In this document: positions 23,883 to 37,128 of the stretch, in pieces
Layout of the letters: every line of letters starts with the position of its first letter
Numbering within the stretch: position 1 is the stretch's first letter
Program-made: the position numbers and the translations under genes
NCBI GenBank assembly: GCA_965645245.1
Contig: OZ287083.1
Coordinates: 186,001 to 250,000 of the forward strand
Source: Massalongia carnosa
Lineage: Eukaryota
DNA length: 64,000 nt
Reading direction: 5' to 3'
Notes under the pieces: generated by a model
What the model saw: only the letters and a program-made list of their open reading frames with translations
Told to the model about the DNA's origin: nothing
Database searches by the model: none

Positions 23883-24051
23883 TAAAGAGATGGGTGCCCT
23901 CATTGGATGTCAGTTTCGGAGGTTTGACCGTCTAGATGTTCGTTGCATGTGCGGAGTATGCACCTAGTTACGATGAAGATCCTCCCCCACGATTAGGTTC
24001 CGTGCTCATCAGCAACCTAGCCAAGACGGGTTAGTGTATTTTCTTGCATTA

Positions 24052-24109
24052 AACACCTTACATTGATTAAGGTTAGGGTTATTAACACCTTACATTGATT
24101 AGGGTTATT
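24052..24109. repeat. Tandem duplication containing TTAGGG telomere-like units
   Basis: aacaccttacattgattaaggttagggttatt (24052-24083) followed by aacaccttacattgattagggttatt (24084-24109). Confidence 0.8.
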
Positions 24110-24628
24110 ATATAACAAGGGACAAAAAATAGGGGTAAGGGAGATTATGACATTAACCCTCTCATCGGGACTTTGCCAACTAATTAGACAGTATCACAAG
24201 CTACACGAAACGTTCTTGAATAGGAACCATTATTTGACAAGATGAAGACCATGTGGGAGGCCAAACAAGCGGGTCGAGCGAGAAGGCACATAGGAGCTTG
24301 CCAGATATCAATATCTGCCTACCTAGGTAGATGGCTTGGGTTGGTGACTTGGGAAATCAAGAGAGCAGTTCAGGATTAGATTAAGACCAATCCGAACGAA
24401 ACGACATAGCATCATCTAATGCAGTTGCAGAACCAGATACTGAAGAATGACTATAGCTAATCATGTTGGCGTGCCCAACCCAGACTTGTCATCGAAAACA
24501 CTCGAGGGAATGAGATCATCGTCAATCCTTAACCATCTTCTCCTAGAACCGTTCAAACGTAAAACACGACCCATATCAAGCTAGACATCCTGTGTCCCAC
24601 CCTTGCGCCGCTTATGCTCACCATGAGC

Positions 24629-25562
24629 CTAGCAAGACAGATCATAAAGAGCACTGTTTTGCGCGTCAACAACCCCGAAACTAGGGCTGCTCGTATAATC
24701 CTGCAACGTGTACCAAAACGTATGGGTCTCGCGGAAGGCTTGACACGCCACGGCCTTCCAGTACGCTTGCGCGTTCGCCACCGATGGCGTGGCAGCTCCA
24801 ATTGATGCCCCTGATACGGGCCATCCGGTTTCCGTGACCCACACCCATGTGCCCGGCTTGACTTGATTGGCAACGGTACGAACCTTGTTAACGCTGTTCC
24901 AAAATAAGTCGAAGCCGCTCTCGATGGCGCCCGCCTCGAAATAGGGGTATCCATCGGTTCCGAGGAAGTCGCACGCTTCGACAACCTGAAGACACCGTTA
25001 GTCCAAGGAGCGAACGTGATCGATATCATGTGGAAGTTCTCACGGCGGTATTTTCGGGTTTCACCCACGCGGTCCACGTATCTACATGTCCAACCTCCAC
25101 AGACCCGGCACCGAGGCTCCACAGCATACCGCGAACATCCTTGATCTGTGTCGCAAGTTTGTCGGCGTTAGTGTTTCCTCGGTACAGATCCTCACTCCCA
25201 ACCGTAACGGCAATGATCCAATCATGCCCGTGCTGCTGGATGGCGGTCATGAGAGCCTGCTTCTCCGCGTTGAAGTGATCATCGTTTTCCGTCCAAACGC
25301 CAACGAGAAGAGTAGTCCCCGTAGCCAATGCTGCGGGGACGGCGTTTGCAAGGGTATCAGAATCCGAGGAAGCGTAAAGACGAGCCGAGGTGAAATGGCC
25401 GGGTAGAGACTGGAGAGTGCGGAAGTCCTGTTCCCAATCGGCTTGGGTTTTGCGGCCTCCAGTAGGCTTTTCGGCACCGACATTGAAGCCTTTCCAGTAC
25501 GCGTGAGCCCCGTTGGAGAGAAAGAGGAGAGTTCCGAAGACAATGCTAGTGAAGGCCTTCAT
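24629..25562 (-). CDS. Secreted glycoside hydrolase family 17 (beta-1,3-glucanase/glucanosyltransferase)
   Basis: Signal MKAFTSIVFGTLLFLSNGAHA; VTVGSEDLYR, GHVDTWTAW, GTDGYPYF, WVTETGWP; intron 24986-25043. Confidence 0.93.
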
Positions 25563-26612
25563 GATGACGACAGATTGAACCGAGATATAAAAATAAAGTA
25601 ACGACTGATGAAGCGCCTTGTAGTATGTACAACGATTGCAACGCTGTAGAAAAATGAATCGCGTAAATATTATAATCAAATGGAAAAAAAATGGGACGAA
25701 AGAAAGAGAGAGGCAATTAGGAGAATTTGGTTGTTAACCCATACTACGGATAGGAGAGGACGAAAAATCTTGCCCTGGTCGGCATTCGCCATCAACGCCG
25801 TTCAGAAGTATTATTGGATGGCTTCATCTTCCATCGTCATGGTGCATATTTTAGCGTCGGCAGTCGACAAGCTTCCCGTACCAATTGCCAAATAAAGGGG
25901 GCACATGGAATTAATGGTGCTGTGACGGGGTATCGAAAAGGTGAAAACAAAATATGAAATGGATAACGCAGTCACATCATATCAGCTATGTGTATGACCA
26001 TTGAATTGGCTATCTGACTGAATTAACTGACTAACTAGGTAGAAACAAACGACTCGAAGATGACAGAGAAGATCGTGGAAGAGATGAGATGGCAAGAGGA
26101 TTTTTTGACACGAGACTACAGGCTCCAGGGTGCTCGATTATGTTCAGCAGCTCTAGAAACAGCCATTTGACCAATCATCTGGTAGCTCAACTTATCCTAC
26201 CATAATAGGCAAGAAATTTTCGTACATCAGATGGAGTCGTAAACATCTCATTTTCCAACTATATCTCAATCCTCCATTTTCCGTCCGTTTATAGTATACA
26301 AGGGAAAAAAATCGAGGCCCCTTGGCCGTATAATCCATGGCTGAACCAAATCCTCGAATATCAGCGCTTTCCCTCAGGGTATTTCTAAAAATCCAACGGT
26401 CCCCCCTCCACTTTTGCATCACACTGAAACTGTGGTGGGTAAGAAGATAAAGTTTCCTCCGACGTCACCATGAGAAGCGCCAGGAATGCTTGATTAGATA
26501 AACGCCTATCCGCAGCCGTAAACGCCAGGAATGTTCCCTTGAATGGCAATAGGAAACACAATTGACCGGTTTTTTGTATCCTTTTGGTTGGGAGCTCGAG
26601 TCCCACCAGTGT

Positions 26613-28009
26613 TTATTTTGAGCTGTACTTCGTTTTCGAGAAACCTGTCGGTAAGCACTGTATCAACTCCTTCTGCGCCCCAAATGTGCGAGCCTTGACA
26701 ACGTCAGGCTCGCTGTTGCACCGGGCGCTGTGTTCAATATTGATAGTGAATATTTGCTCCGTCTCGCCTTCCTCCAAAGCTCCATGAAGCTTTCCACCTG
26801 ATGTGATCCTGTGACCCGTCCATCGTTGATGGTGTATAATCTCCGGTGTCACGGCATAACAGGCCAGTCCTCCACCGTTGCACTGCATCGCATAATCGAT
26901 GTCCAGAGGCTCGCCCGAGCCAGACAGGTGATCAATCAACTTCTTCGCACCATGCCGGGATACTGCATACCCGAAGGTGCAGACGGTACCTGATGTCCCA
27001 TGCACAAACCGAGTGTGATTCTTGAGATCCTTTTCGGGGCCCCAAAGAGCTTGATAATCCTCCACCGGACCTGTCGTGTTGTCCTGTATGACCCGGTATT
27101 TATCATCCGGTACAGCGCCCGCACCACAGTGACCGAGAGCTAAATAATCCCAGTTGAAACCCCAAGGGCCGACCACACCGTAGGTAATGTCCCTGATCGC
27201 GTTGGCTATAGCGGGCACCTGTGAGCGGATGGCTACATCCCAATCTGCATCGTCTTCGAGAATAAGGGCTGAGCTATAGTTGGAGGCTATTATGCTAAGA
27301 ATCAACGATATTAGCCGGATACCAACTGCACTGCGGAACCAAGGCTTGTCGCGCCCATTGAATTGCTTGTGGTAAGCATTTGTCAAAAGCTTCAAATGTC
27401 CAAGGCGACGTAGAGCGCCTTCTTGGAACCAGGAAAGCCAAATATTTGGGACTGAGCTCAATCACCCCCGGGCATAGCCAGTGTTTGGATTGGGGAAATT
27501 TTGAAGTGGAAGCGCGCTTACTGTTTTAAAACATGCAGATGACCTAGGCGTAGTCGCCCTTCTGCATCGGTAAATTCGCCGTCAGGCTCACCCTTCTCCT
27601 GCTGTTGGATAATAGCTTTCCTCCTCTCCTCGGTGAGTGAGGCTAATATCTGCTTCATCGTGAAATTAGGCTGCGGTAGAATTTCGATGTTGAGGCCGGT
27701 TAGGTCAGCGGCCCGGAGCAGACCATCTTGCCGCCAAACCGTCTCACCCCCCGTGCTCTTGTTCGGAGCGACGACCAGGATTGCTTCGAACTGCGATCTT
27801 CATCAGTTCAGCAAGCTCGCGATGGGACAACGCCCACTTACCCCTAGCGTAGCATTGCCGGCGCTCAGGTCGATATTGGGTACAAAAGATGAAAGATGCG
27901 ACCACGATACCGATTCATAACCAATTTTGGTAAGAAGTATCAGTACTCCGAGGGCAGTCACGAAATGAAAAGCTTCGAGCCGTCGTCGTGCCAACTGACT
28001 AAATAACAT
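26613..28009 (-). CDS. Glycosyltransferase family 25-like type II membrane protein
   Basis: N-terminal TM and AGNATLG|FEAI; RLGHL; SALILEDDADWD; WDYLALGHC; CTFGYAVSRHGAKKL. Introns 27791-27841 and 27295-27521. Confidence 0.85.
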
Positions 28010-28178
28010 GATGAATCAAATAGACAAGAACCCACAAAAGAGTGATCGAACCACGTAGGATAAAATGTAGTATAGAAGAGCAAGAGAGTTACGGGAGGAC
28101 TCTAGAAGAAGTCCTGTGCAACGGGAGCCTTGTAATTCTACTGGCGTTTGCTAGTCGTGCTAGTCTGTCTCCTTTGCG

Positions 28179-28742
28179 TACTCTGTTCGTTGTCAGCGCA
28201 AAAGGGTACTCTATACACTTACAGTGCTTACGGAGGTACATGGTAATCCGAACGGAGTACTCTGTACAGAGGTAGTTACAGAGTACATACAGCAGAGTAG
28301 CCATAGTCTCATACTCGTGTCGCCTAGAAGTGCTCGGTTTTTTTTGTACATACATTAACCCAAAGAAAAAAAGCGATCACTTCTGAGCGACACGAATAGA
28401 GTGCCTTTCTACCCGCCAATACGAAGCCTGTTACAAGAAGCCAGCTCCAAAAGTAAGTGTTGTGCTCTATACTCTATACAGAGAGAGTATCTTGTCCCAT
28501 AGTACGTATTTTGCACTATCGTACCGAAGGGCTCAGCTGTAAGTAGAGTAAGGTACTGTGTACAGAGATACGTGCAATGGTAACTGCCTACCCTATCATA
28601 TCCCAAATTATTTATCACTTCACGTTCTTTATCCAATCATCAGAGCTACTCCAAGCCTCTAAGTCATACAAGGAACAACACATGCAGATCTTTGCATGTA
28701 CGGAGTAGAGTACTGTACATACACGGGACTTTCTGCTGTACA
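28179..28742. repeat. Second dispersed cluster of TACGGAGTA / TACAGAG / TACTCT motifs
   Basis: acggagtactctgtacagag (~28252), tacagagtacatacag, tacggagtagagtactgtac (~28699). Confidence 0.5.
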
Positions 28743-30321
28743 TAGCAATCGGTACCCTGTCGACAACTCTTTAAGGCTTGATTTCTCAATAACGCAATGC
28801 AACCAAAGCGAATAGCTAGGCCAACAACCAATCATTGGGACTTTTGTCTGTTAATCACGCTCCGAATGGGTAATTAGGGGCAGCCTTGGTAGATCAAGAA
28901 CCATGCACGTCTCTGCTATGGAGGTAAATCAGGGGCAGCTATTTTAAGGGATTCTTGAGATTGCCAGTGGCACTATGGTCATTCTTCCACTATAACCGTA
29001 CAAGAGTACGGAGCATTCCGCTAGAAAAGGGAACGTTTGGGGGGTCGGAGTTGCTGATCTGAGGCTTGATTTGGTCTTTTTTTCTTAGCCTGTCAGGATT
29101 AGCTTGTTTTGGCGTTATGTTTGAGTTAAAGACTGCTCTTGATTTAGCCACGCGGGCTTTTCACGCATACTAGACAGGGTCACTGTTTTCAACGCCGTTC
29201 GTCATTCTGTGATTTTATTGTGCCATTCCTATCACTTGATATGTCTATTTCTTTGAACGAGCTGACGTGAAAGCGGGCGTATGATGAAACAGGGACTGGC
29301 ACTCGTGGCAGTGGGTTTCGTTTGTAAGTTGAAGCCAACAAGCCGGAGGATTGATTCTCTGTTTTACGCCTACCTATTTATCCTGTCAGATTTGACTGCT
29401 TTCAGTAACCCCAAGCCTGCAGATGGTGTGCTTCCCCCTGATCTTACTATTGCTTGATCGCATTCCTTCATTCCCGTTTAACATCATCTCCCCGTAATGT
29501 TCTTTAAGTTCACAATCACCAATTTAGCTATCGGTTGGCTTTTCCACAAAGGCTGGCCCTCTGCAGTTTCCTCTACATATAAAATCAGCGGAAAGCATGA
29601 TATTTCATACTCAGCCACCTCGATTGCTTTGCTAGCAGTAGTGTTTCTCTCGATACCAACTCGGCTCCGAAATTAAGACCGTCAAGTCAATCCCAGTTTT
29701 TTACTCCAAGGAATTCATCCAACATTGACGTCATGTTATAGCAATCAGGAGGAAGTCATGAGAAACTCCTAGTGTTCAAAAGGCAGCGTTTTCATAGGCC
29801 TCCACCAATCCATAGCGTGGCCCCTATCATGATTTATGAGTTGAAGGAACTGGAGGTGCCCAAGACGTAGGCTAGGAACTTTATTTTTCACAAGCCATTT
29901 ATCAAAGAGATAGCAGAACCCTTGAGTGTACATTGATCTGAATGTAGGCGGAAACTCGTCCCGGCCCGGAGGGTTCTGCTGAATGAAGTCCATTCCCAGC
30001 CAACAGAGGCTAAAATATGACCTGTTATCTTAATGGTCACAAGTTAATCCTGATGGGAAGCGAACATGTTTAGTAAATACCTAGATACCTAGCTGAGTAT
30101 AGAGTACCTATGTTCCTATATTAATCCTAGCGTAGTTTCTGCTTGATATTAGTTAGCTATAAATTTACTTTGAACTTACATATCTCCGTGATCATATCCG
30201 CATTTTGATCGCATGATGGCATACAGATTCCTGCTCAAGCTGCCAGCCTTCAAGCAGCTCGAAACCCGCACGGAAAACTCCAAGAACCGTTTGCAAGGTC
30301 TAATATGCTAACCATCAAAAC

Positions 30322-33300
30322 ATGCTATCGGCATTCACAGCTCGGCCCATCGTGGAGCTCAAGCAGCGAGACAGGTCGAAGATTGAGTCAATCCTCGCAT
30401 ATGGTAAGCTCGGATTACCAGCAACGGTAAGCTGGCGTCAGAGCTGATACTATATAGGTGATCGTCTTCTTGTTGGGCTGAATACCGGTAGTCTTCGCAT
30501 TTACCGAGTCAATGAGCCCATCGACGGGCAGGAAACCGAGGATGGAGCACTTGGCCTAAACGAAAATACTCCAACGGCGCAAAAGCTGAATCCAGTAGAT
30601 TTGATGAGGGAACAGGAAAAGTTCTCCAAATATAAAATTGAGCAGCTTGCTATCGTCAAAGAAGTGAATCTGCTCATATCGTTATCTAACAGTTATGTCT
30701 CTATTCATGACCTGCAAACGTACGAGCTACAAGAAACGCTCGCGAAAACCAAGGGGGCCAGCACCTTTGCGGTCACCTCCAATATCGTAAAGGATCCATC
30801 TACTGGAGTGCCATCCATCGTATCGAGGCTTGCTGTGGCTGTTAAGAGGAGGCTTCTGCTCTGGTCCTGGTATGACATGGAGCTTGCTTCCGATACCAAT
30901 GAGTTAACGCTAGTCACTGGCATTAAGACCTTGACTTGGGCAACGGGTACAAAGCTCGTTGCTGGTCTCAGCTCGAGTTTCGTCCTCGTGGATGTTGAAT
31001 CCAATGCCGCTACAGATATCATCGGCCCGGGCAGCATTGGTGGGGCCCCTGGGCAAGATGGAGGACGATTTGGTGGTGTGGGTGTGGCCAGTATGAGTTA
31101 TATAGGAATTGCAGGAACGGCGCCGAAGCCACTTGCAACAAGACTGGGAGAAGGGGAACTACTCTTAGCTAAAGATATTAATACACTATTTATCGATACG
31201 GAAGGTAACTCTCTTGGACGACGTCAAATTCCATGGTCTGTGGCACCAGAGGCCATCGGCTACTCCTATCCATATCTGCTTGCTCTCCAAGCCACCAAAG
31301 GTACACTAGAGCTACGAAATCCCGAGACCCTAAGCCTTCTACAAACCATACCTCTCCCACATGCAACTCAACTACATGTCCCACAACCAAACGTGAGTCT
31401 GGCCCACGACGGGAAAGGATTTCTAGTTGTAAGCGAACGATTCATCTGGCGGATGAGAGCCTTGAACTATGACTCTCAAATAGATGCGCTAGTTGAAAAA
31501 GAAAGATTCGATGAGGCTATTAGCCTGCTTAAGATGCTGGAAGACGCTTTGTTGAAAGACAAGGAGGGTCGGCTTCGAGAGATCAAGATGCTGAAAGCTC
31601 AAAGCCTTTTTGACCAAAGAAAATTTCGAGAGTCCCTCGAGCTATTTACAGATGTCTCTGCTCCACCAGAAATAGTCATTCTACTATATCCACCATTGAT
31701 TTCGGGTCCTCTACCTTCGTCGGTTAGCGTTCAAAAATCAGGTCCTGAGGCATTACATGAAAGTTTGGGACAAGGTGGGAGCATAGCATTGGATGCTGAC
31801 GGATCATCAAGTTCGGATCAGCGAGGATCCTCTAACGCCGCGCACGCTACCAGGGAGATTTCAAGACCACATGATGCAGAAATCACGAAGGGTTCTATTA
31901 GGAGCAACCAAGATGACAAAGATGGAGGTTATGCTGCCAAAGATACAGGAATGCAGGGTAAAAAGGAGCCACTTGGTATGTATCATTCGATGAAACGTAG
32001 GCTTTTCCTTGTTAACAACACGTATAGAAGGAAAAGATCTTAAGACGGCAACTGAAGAGTTACGTATTTTCCTTGTTTCGGCCAGGACAAGACTGCAGCG
32101 TTACATCAACCCTGATGGCAGTCTCAAAAGCAATAACTCCAGCGCCACAAGCGCTCTGGATGAAGTTTCTCTGCCAGAAGTCAATTCTTTGCTTGTCAAG
32201 CGATCGTCCGGATCACTTGGAGGTCGAGAACAACAGTTGCGCGACACGGCTAAGCTTGTTGACACAACCTTGTTCCGGGCCTACATGTTTGCAAGCCCTT
32301 CGCTGGTTGGGCCCTTATTCCGTATCGACAATTTCTGTGACCCTGACGTTGTCAACGAGAAGTTGATTGAAACAGGTCGATATAACGATTTAGTTGATTT
32401 CTTTTATGGGAAAAAACTTCATCGACCAGCATTGGAACTGTTGAAGAAGTTTGGGCAAAAGGACGAAGAAGACGAGGCTGCTCCTCAGTTGGCTGGGCCT
32501 CAGAGAACAGTTGCGTATTTGCAAAACCTTCCCCCAGAAATGATTGATTTGATCTTGGAGTTTGCCGAATGGCCCTTGAAGAAGGATCCTGAGCTTGGCA
32601 TGGAGGTGTTTCTGGCAGACACTGAGAATGCAGAAACCTTACCGCGGCAAGTGGTCCTTGATTTTTTGCAAAGCATAGACCCCAAATTGGCGGTGAGATA
32701 TCTGGAGCATATAATTCAGGAACTCAACGATACCACACCGGAATTTCATCAAAGATTAGTTGATATTTACCTAGAGAGACTTAAGTCCAATGACTTTAAG
32801 CATGAAGAAGAACGATCCGCCTGGAAAGAAAAAACACTCGAATTCCTTCGGTCTAGCCGAAACTTTCAGCCATATAAAGCCCTCGGACAGACGCACAATG
32901 ATGGTATGGTAACGTCCGCTTCGTTCACGGCTCTTTTCGGCTGACGTTGCAATGCCAGACCCCAACCTCTACGAAGCACGGGCAATCATCTTAAGCAAGA
33001 TGGGTCAGCATAGGCAAGCACTGGAAATTTATGTGTTCAAGCTGAAAGATTCCGATAAAGCCGAAGAGTGGGATATTAGATGGTAGAACAAATTTTCTTT
33101 CGTTACTGACAGATTTGGCAGGTATTGCAACCAGATCCACATCACGGAGGCATCCCCAGCATCGTCACCGGTGCAATCCCGCCGCTCCTCAATCCTTGAT
33201 CCCGAAGACGCACCTCCGTCCATATATCACACTCTATTGTCTCTCTATCTCTCCCCACCTCATCCCCACAAACCTCAAATGGGCCCTGCTCTCAATCTCT

Positions 33301-33701
33301 TAGCAAAGCACGGTGCTCGCATGCCTGCGTCTTCAACTCTGGACCTAATCCCCGAAGTTTTGCCGATCAAAGACCTTGAATCCTACTTCCGCGGGAGAAT
33401 TCGTTCTGCCAACACAATAGTGAACGAAGGACGCATTGTTACCGGATTGTGGAGCAGCGTCGCATTCAATGAGGAAGCAAAGCTCCGACTGGGGGACAGT
33501 ATGCTTGGAGGCAACGGTGGTCGGAACCGGAGGGTTGCAATCACGGAGGATCGAGTCTGCGGTGTTTGTCATAAAAGATTTGGTGGCAGCGCCATTAAAG
33601 TCCTTCCCAAGTGAGTCGCAAGCCGCAATTCCCTGACCGTACTCCGCTTACCTCCTATCCACAGCAATTCCGTAGTCCATTACGGCTGCTCGAATCGCTG
33701 A
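30322..33701 (+). CDS. VPS39: HOPS subunit Vps39/Vam6 (AvaB): CNH, Vps39_1 and Vps39_2 domains
   Basis: MLSAFTARPIVELKQRDRSKIESILAYG; VDTTLFRAYM..NFCDP; LVDFFYGKKLHRPALELL; C-terminal CGVCHKRFG...VVHYGC. Short introns link the ORF pieces. Confidence 0.95.
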
Positions 33702-33889
33702 TAACTACTCTATACAGGCGGGGAGAATGCTCAATAGCCTTGCTTGAATAGATTTTAGGGTCGCGCGTGATTGTGGGTTGTATCCGATCTGATGTGCAAA
33801 TACCCCAATCAGTTCCATCGTGTCAGTTCGTTATTAGGTGCCGCGTAGAGTGGTGGTATAACCATGATCTTAGCCGACACCCTCAAGTT

Positions 33890-34189
33890 TTACCCCTCCT
33901 CCATCTCCTCGCCGTAGTTTTCCTCCTCTTTGCCCTCATCAACCCTCCCTCCACCCATCGATGCCGACACTTTATCATCCTCCATGCGTGCCGTCAAGAA
34001 GCTATTGACGTCTTCCTGCAACCGCACCACGGCCTGCCGTAGCGCAGACAGGTATGCGCTTTTCTCCGCTAAGGAGGTCGTGGTGGAGGCGGGGAGAGAG
34101 TGATGGAAGATTTTGGAGCTGTAGGAACAAGCGGTGTATTCAGCCTTTAAGATTGTGGGGTTGGGGGTATGGGGGGGTTTGGAAGGCAT
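33890..34189 (-). CDS. GON7: EKC/KEOPS complex subunit Gon7 (99 aa)
   Basis: LKAEYT...KSAYLSALRQAVVRLQEDVNSFLTARMEDDK...EENYGEE; start placed at ATG 34189. Confidence 0.85.
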   Translation of the reverse strand: MPSKPPHTPNPTILKAEYTACSYSSKIFHHSLPASTTTSLAEKSAYLSALRQAVVRLQEDVNSFLTARMEDDKVSASMGGGRVDEGKEEENYGEEMEEG

Positions 34190-34650
34190 GGTGGGAGAGT
34201 TGGTGGTGTAGGAGGAACGTTTGGGATAGGAATCGTCAGCTAGCGGAGTATCTAGGAGAGCAAGGGAGTATGAGCTGTTGGACACAGTATATTTAGAATG
34301 GTAGATGGTATTGCCTGGATTTTTTCTGAAAAATATACGGAGTAAGGTCGAGAAGGATTTTCCACGGCATTGTAACACTGGGGTCGTCAACTGTTCCCGC
34401 AGTCCCGTGTTTCCCGTTGTTGACGAATGCCCCCCAAGCCTAAGCCTAAACCACGCCTAATATGTGAATACCTTCATTGTTGTTCTAGTCCGGTTCAATC
34501 ATTATGGACGACGTTTGGCTCGCTTCAACGCAACGCTAGCTGAAGGATGGTGGACAGAATGGTGCGAAGTCGCAATTCTCTCAACTTCCGTTCCAGCAGG
34601 CTCCCGGTAACGAGGGTACAAAGTACCAAGTACCTCCTCTATTCTCGAAA

Positions 34651-37128
34651 ATGAATCCCTCACTCTACAGGCGGCCCGGCGCATTCTCTCCGCATCCACC
34701 GAACTCGCCTGCTTCACTTCAAGGCCGAGCCGATCATTCAGAAAGCGACTCGTCCACATCTTCCCAACTCACTGCCCCATCGATTGACAAGCGCTCACCA
34801 AAGCCTCAACACTCACAATTCTCTCGACCCTCCCTTTTACAGTCTACCAGCTCTAATGCCAGCTCCACCTCGCTCAGTAATTTCTCAAGGCCCTCCATTG
34901 CCCATGCGAGCAGCGAGCTACCCTTGCGGAAAAACTCCCCCTTCAGGCCGGACATACGAGAGCACCGCAGACAGCACTCGCAAGGATTCTTTGAACCCTC
35001 TTTGCCCACTGCAAGCCTAGCCGAACAAGCGATGGTATCTAATCTCACCGCCTCGCAGATTGCTGCGCAAGCTGCAATGCAGCACCAGGCCTCTAATCAG
35101 CATGTGAGAAAGCGATCACAGACCGTGCCCAGTCCCCAACCACCACCAGAAACGGCCGGGGGACGACGAAAACCGCCTCCTCTGCAAGTTGCAACGGATG
35201 TTGCGAGGAAGCTAAGTGGAGGCCCCTTGTCGAAACAGCAACAATATCACAATGGACTCCTTGGGGGCCATATGGCTGCTACGTCGGCGGCAAACGCGGC
35301 GTTTCCCCGAACCGCTCAACTCTCCCCTGGTCGAACTACATTCGAAGTCCCAGCGGAGAAGGAACATAAACTCAAGACAGAACGATCCAAGATCAAACTA
35401 TTTTCGAAGCCAAAGCAACTAGGGATTTCCAACAACAGAGACTTGGATCCAAAGGAGAGACCTTTGCCTTCACCCAACAAAATGGGCCCCTCTGGGCCAA
35501 GCGGTCTTTCCAAAATCGTCAACCCTTCTATGACGAGCCTCGCCGATTCTACAATCGCGAGCGCGTCGTCCATATATGTAACAAAAAACGCATCCACCTT
35601 CACATTGGTTCCCGTCGACCGCCAGACGACGAATGAAAAGGAAAAGGCACATAAACACCATTTTCTGTCGCGTCAGAAGAACAAGCTGAAGGACAGAATT
35701 GATGACCATGTGCTTCCTCTCTCTTCCACCTCCAGCAATTCGAAATACTTGGACCTTGGCGCGCCTCAACCGCTTTATTCATTTGCGCCGGCTTCTCCAG
35801 GGCCAACTACTGTCTCGTTCCCTAAATCTGTCAGCGGGCTCGACCTTCGACACGGGGGTCGTGCTCTAAGGGAGAAGAAGAAGGAAGAAAAGGCTTTCGC
35901 GGCACAGCCATCTGCTGATAAAAGATCCGAGGTCGAGCGGACGGATTGGGCTTTGTCTTCAAGCTATGGTTCTTCAGCAGCGCATTCATTCCTTGGACCC
36001 ATTGCATCGAGCGGGGCGTCGGCATTCGGGGGGCTGTCTACATCACATGGCGGAGAGCTACCAGCCGCCCAGTCAGGTTTACAAGGCTTCGGCCTTTCGA
36101 ATATGAGCCCTGAAGACGCCTGGGATTTCTTGAAGGCTAAGCTCCTCATCATATTCGAGGGCGAAGAACTCCGCATGCCTATTGAAGAATTGAACAAACT
36201 CGTGACGGTGCATATCCATCGATGCATCCTTAAGCGTGTACCCACCATTATCACTGAAGACCTTCTTGATCTTCTACACACAGGCTTTCGATCTGTTGAC
36301 CAGACTCTAAGAGGCGTGCCGGATCTTCGGCTTGTGCCCCATCTCGTAGACACATGGCTGTTCGTGTTTGGGACCATTTTACCCTACATGCAAGCTGTCT
36401 TCCTTCCCCTTGATCAGGAATTTAAAGGCCACGGACCGTTGATGACACCTCAAGAGGCCGCAGAGTTCTGGGGTGTGAATCCCGACTCAACGGATGATGC
36501 TTTTGGAAACGAGTTGGACGTGCGCAGGATCGTCCTCGTGTCTTATCGGGATCATGTCATCCTGCCGCGTCACGATTCGCTCAAAGCGATCTTCTCACGC
36601 TTGAGCCTAGACAGCATTAATGCGACGGTGAGTCTGGTCAACAGCAGCCCAGATATGGGCGCGGCTGGCCGGCCAAGCACTGCAGCAAGTCTAGATCCTG
36701 GTTTCGCGAGTTTCAATTCTCAAGGCTCAACGCTGCTCGGTGACGCAGCTGGCGGCCGCAGCAGGGCCGCCTCCAACCTTTCCGCTCCCGAACTGCCCTC
36801 TACCTCCTTTGCATCCCCCAGACTGCAGCAGCAGCAGCAGCAGCGTCAGCAAGCGCCGCCGCCGCAAGACAGCGCGCAGATCACCGAGACAGTGGGGCGT
36901 ATGTTACAGTGCGTCAGCGTGCTCGCGAGCGTGCAGAGCGGGGACGAAGCGCAGGCCAAGATGGAGAGCTTGTCGCGGGAGCTGAAGCTGAATTGGCTGG
37001 GAAGGGGCCGCACCGGGAGGAACAGGAAGGGCTTCGTGGGCACAAGGGTTGCTGCGGTGCAGCATAGAAGTTCGCAGGGGAACGTTGAACAGGTGAGCCA
37101 GAGGGGGAGCGGTCTGAGTATGTTGTGA
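34651..37128 (+). CDS. hbrB: HbrB-domain protein (Bit61/Protor-like TORC2-associated)
   Basis: Intronless 825-aa ORF with DAWDFLKAKLLIIFEGE, WLFVFGTILPYMQAVFLPLD, LDVRRIVLVSYRD and RMLQCVSVLASVQ. Confidence 0.88.
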   Translation: MNPSLYRRPGAFSPHPPNSPASLQGRADHSESDSSTSSQLTAPSIDKRSPKPQHSQFSRPSLLQSTSSNASSTSLSNFSRPSIAHASSELPLRKNSPFRPDIREHRRQHSQGFFEPSLPTASLAEQAMVSNLTASQIAAQAAMQHQASNQHVRKRSQTVPSPQPPPETAGGRRKPPPLQVATDVARKLSGGPLSKQQQYHNGLLGGHMAATSAANAAFPRTAQLSPGRTTFEVPAEKEHKLKTERSKIKLFSKPKQLGISNNRDLDPKERPLPSPNKMGPSGPSGLSKIVNPSMTSLADSTIASASSIYVTKNASTFTLVPVDRQTTNEKEKAHKHHFLSRQKNKLKDRIDDHVLPLSSTSSNSKYLDLGAPQPLYSFAPASPGPTTVSFPKSVSGLDLRHGGRALREKKKEEKAFAAQPSADKRSEVERTDWALSSSYGSSAAHSFLGPIASSGASAFGGLSTSHGGELPAAQSGLQGFGLSNMSPEDAWDFLKAKLLIIFEGEELRMPIEELNKLVTVHIHRCILKRVPTIITEDLLDLLHTGFRSVDQTLRGVPDLRLVPHLVDTWLFVFGTILPYMQAVFLPLDQEFKGHGPLMTPQEAAEFWGVNPDSTDDAFGNELDVRRIVLVSYRDHVILPRHDSLKAIFSRLSLDSINATVSLVNSSPDMGAAGRPSTAASLDPGFASFNSQGSTLLGDAAGGRSRAASNLSAPELPSTSFASPRLQQQQQQRQQAPPPQDSAQITETVGRMLQCVSVLASVQSGDEAQAKMESLSRELKLNWLGRGRTGRNRKGFVGTRVAAVQHRSSQGNVEQVSQRGSGLSML

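Noticed and set aside
29450..30010. Coding-like - strand fragment (MDFIQQNPPGRDEF...)
   Set aside because: Short, stop-ridden and unassignable without a search.
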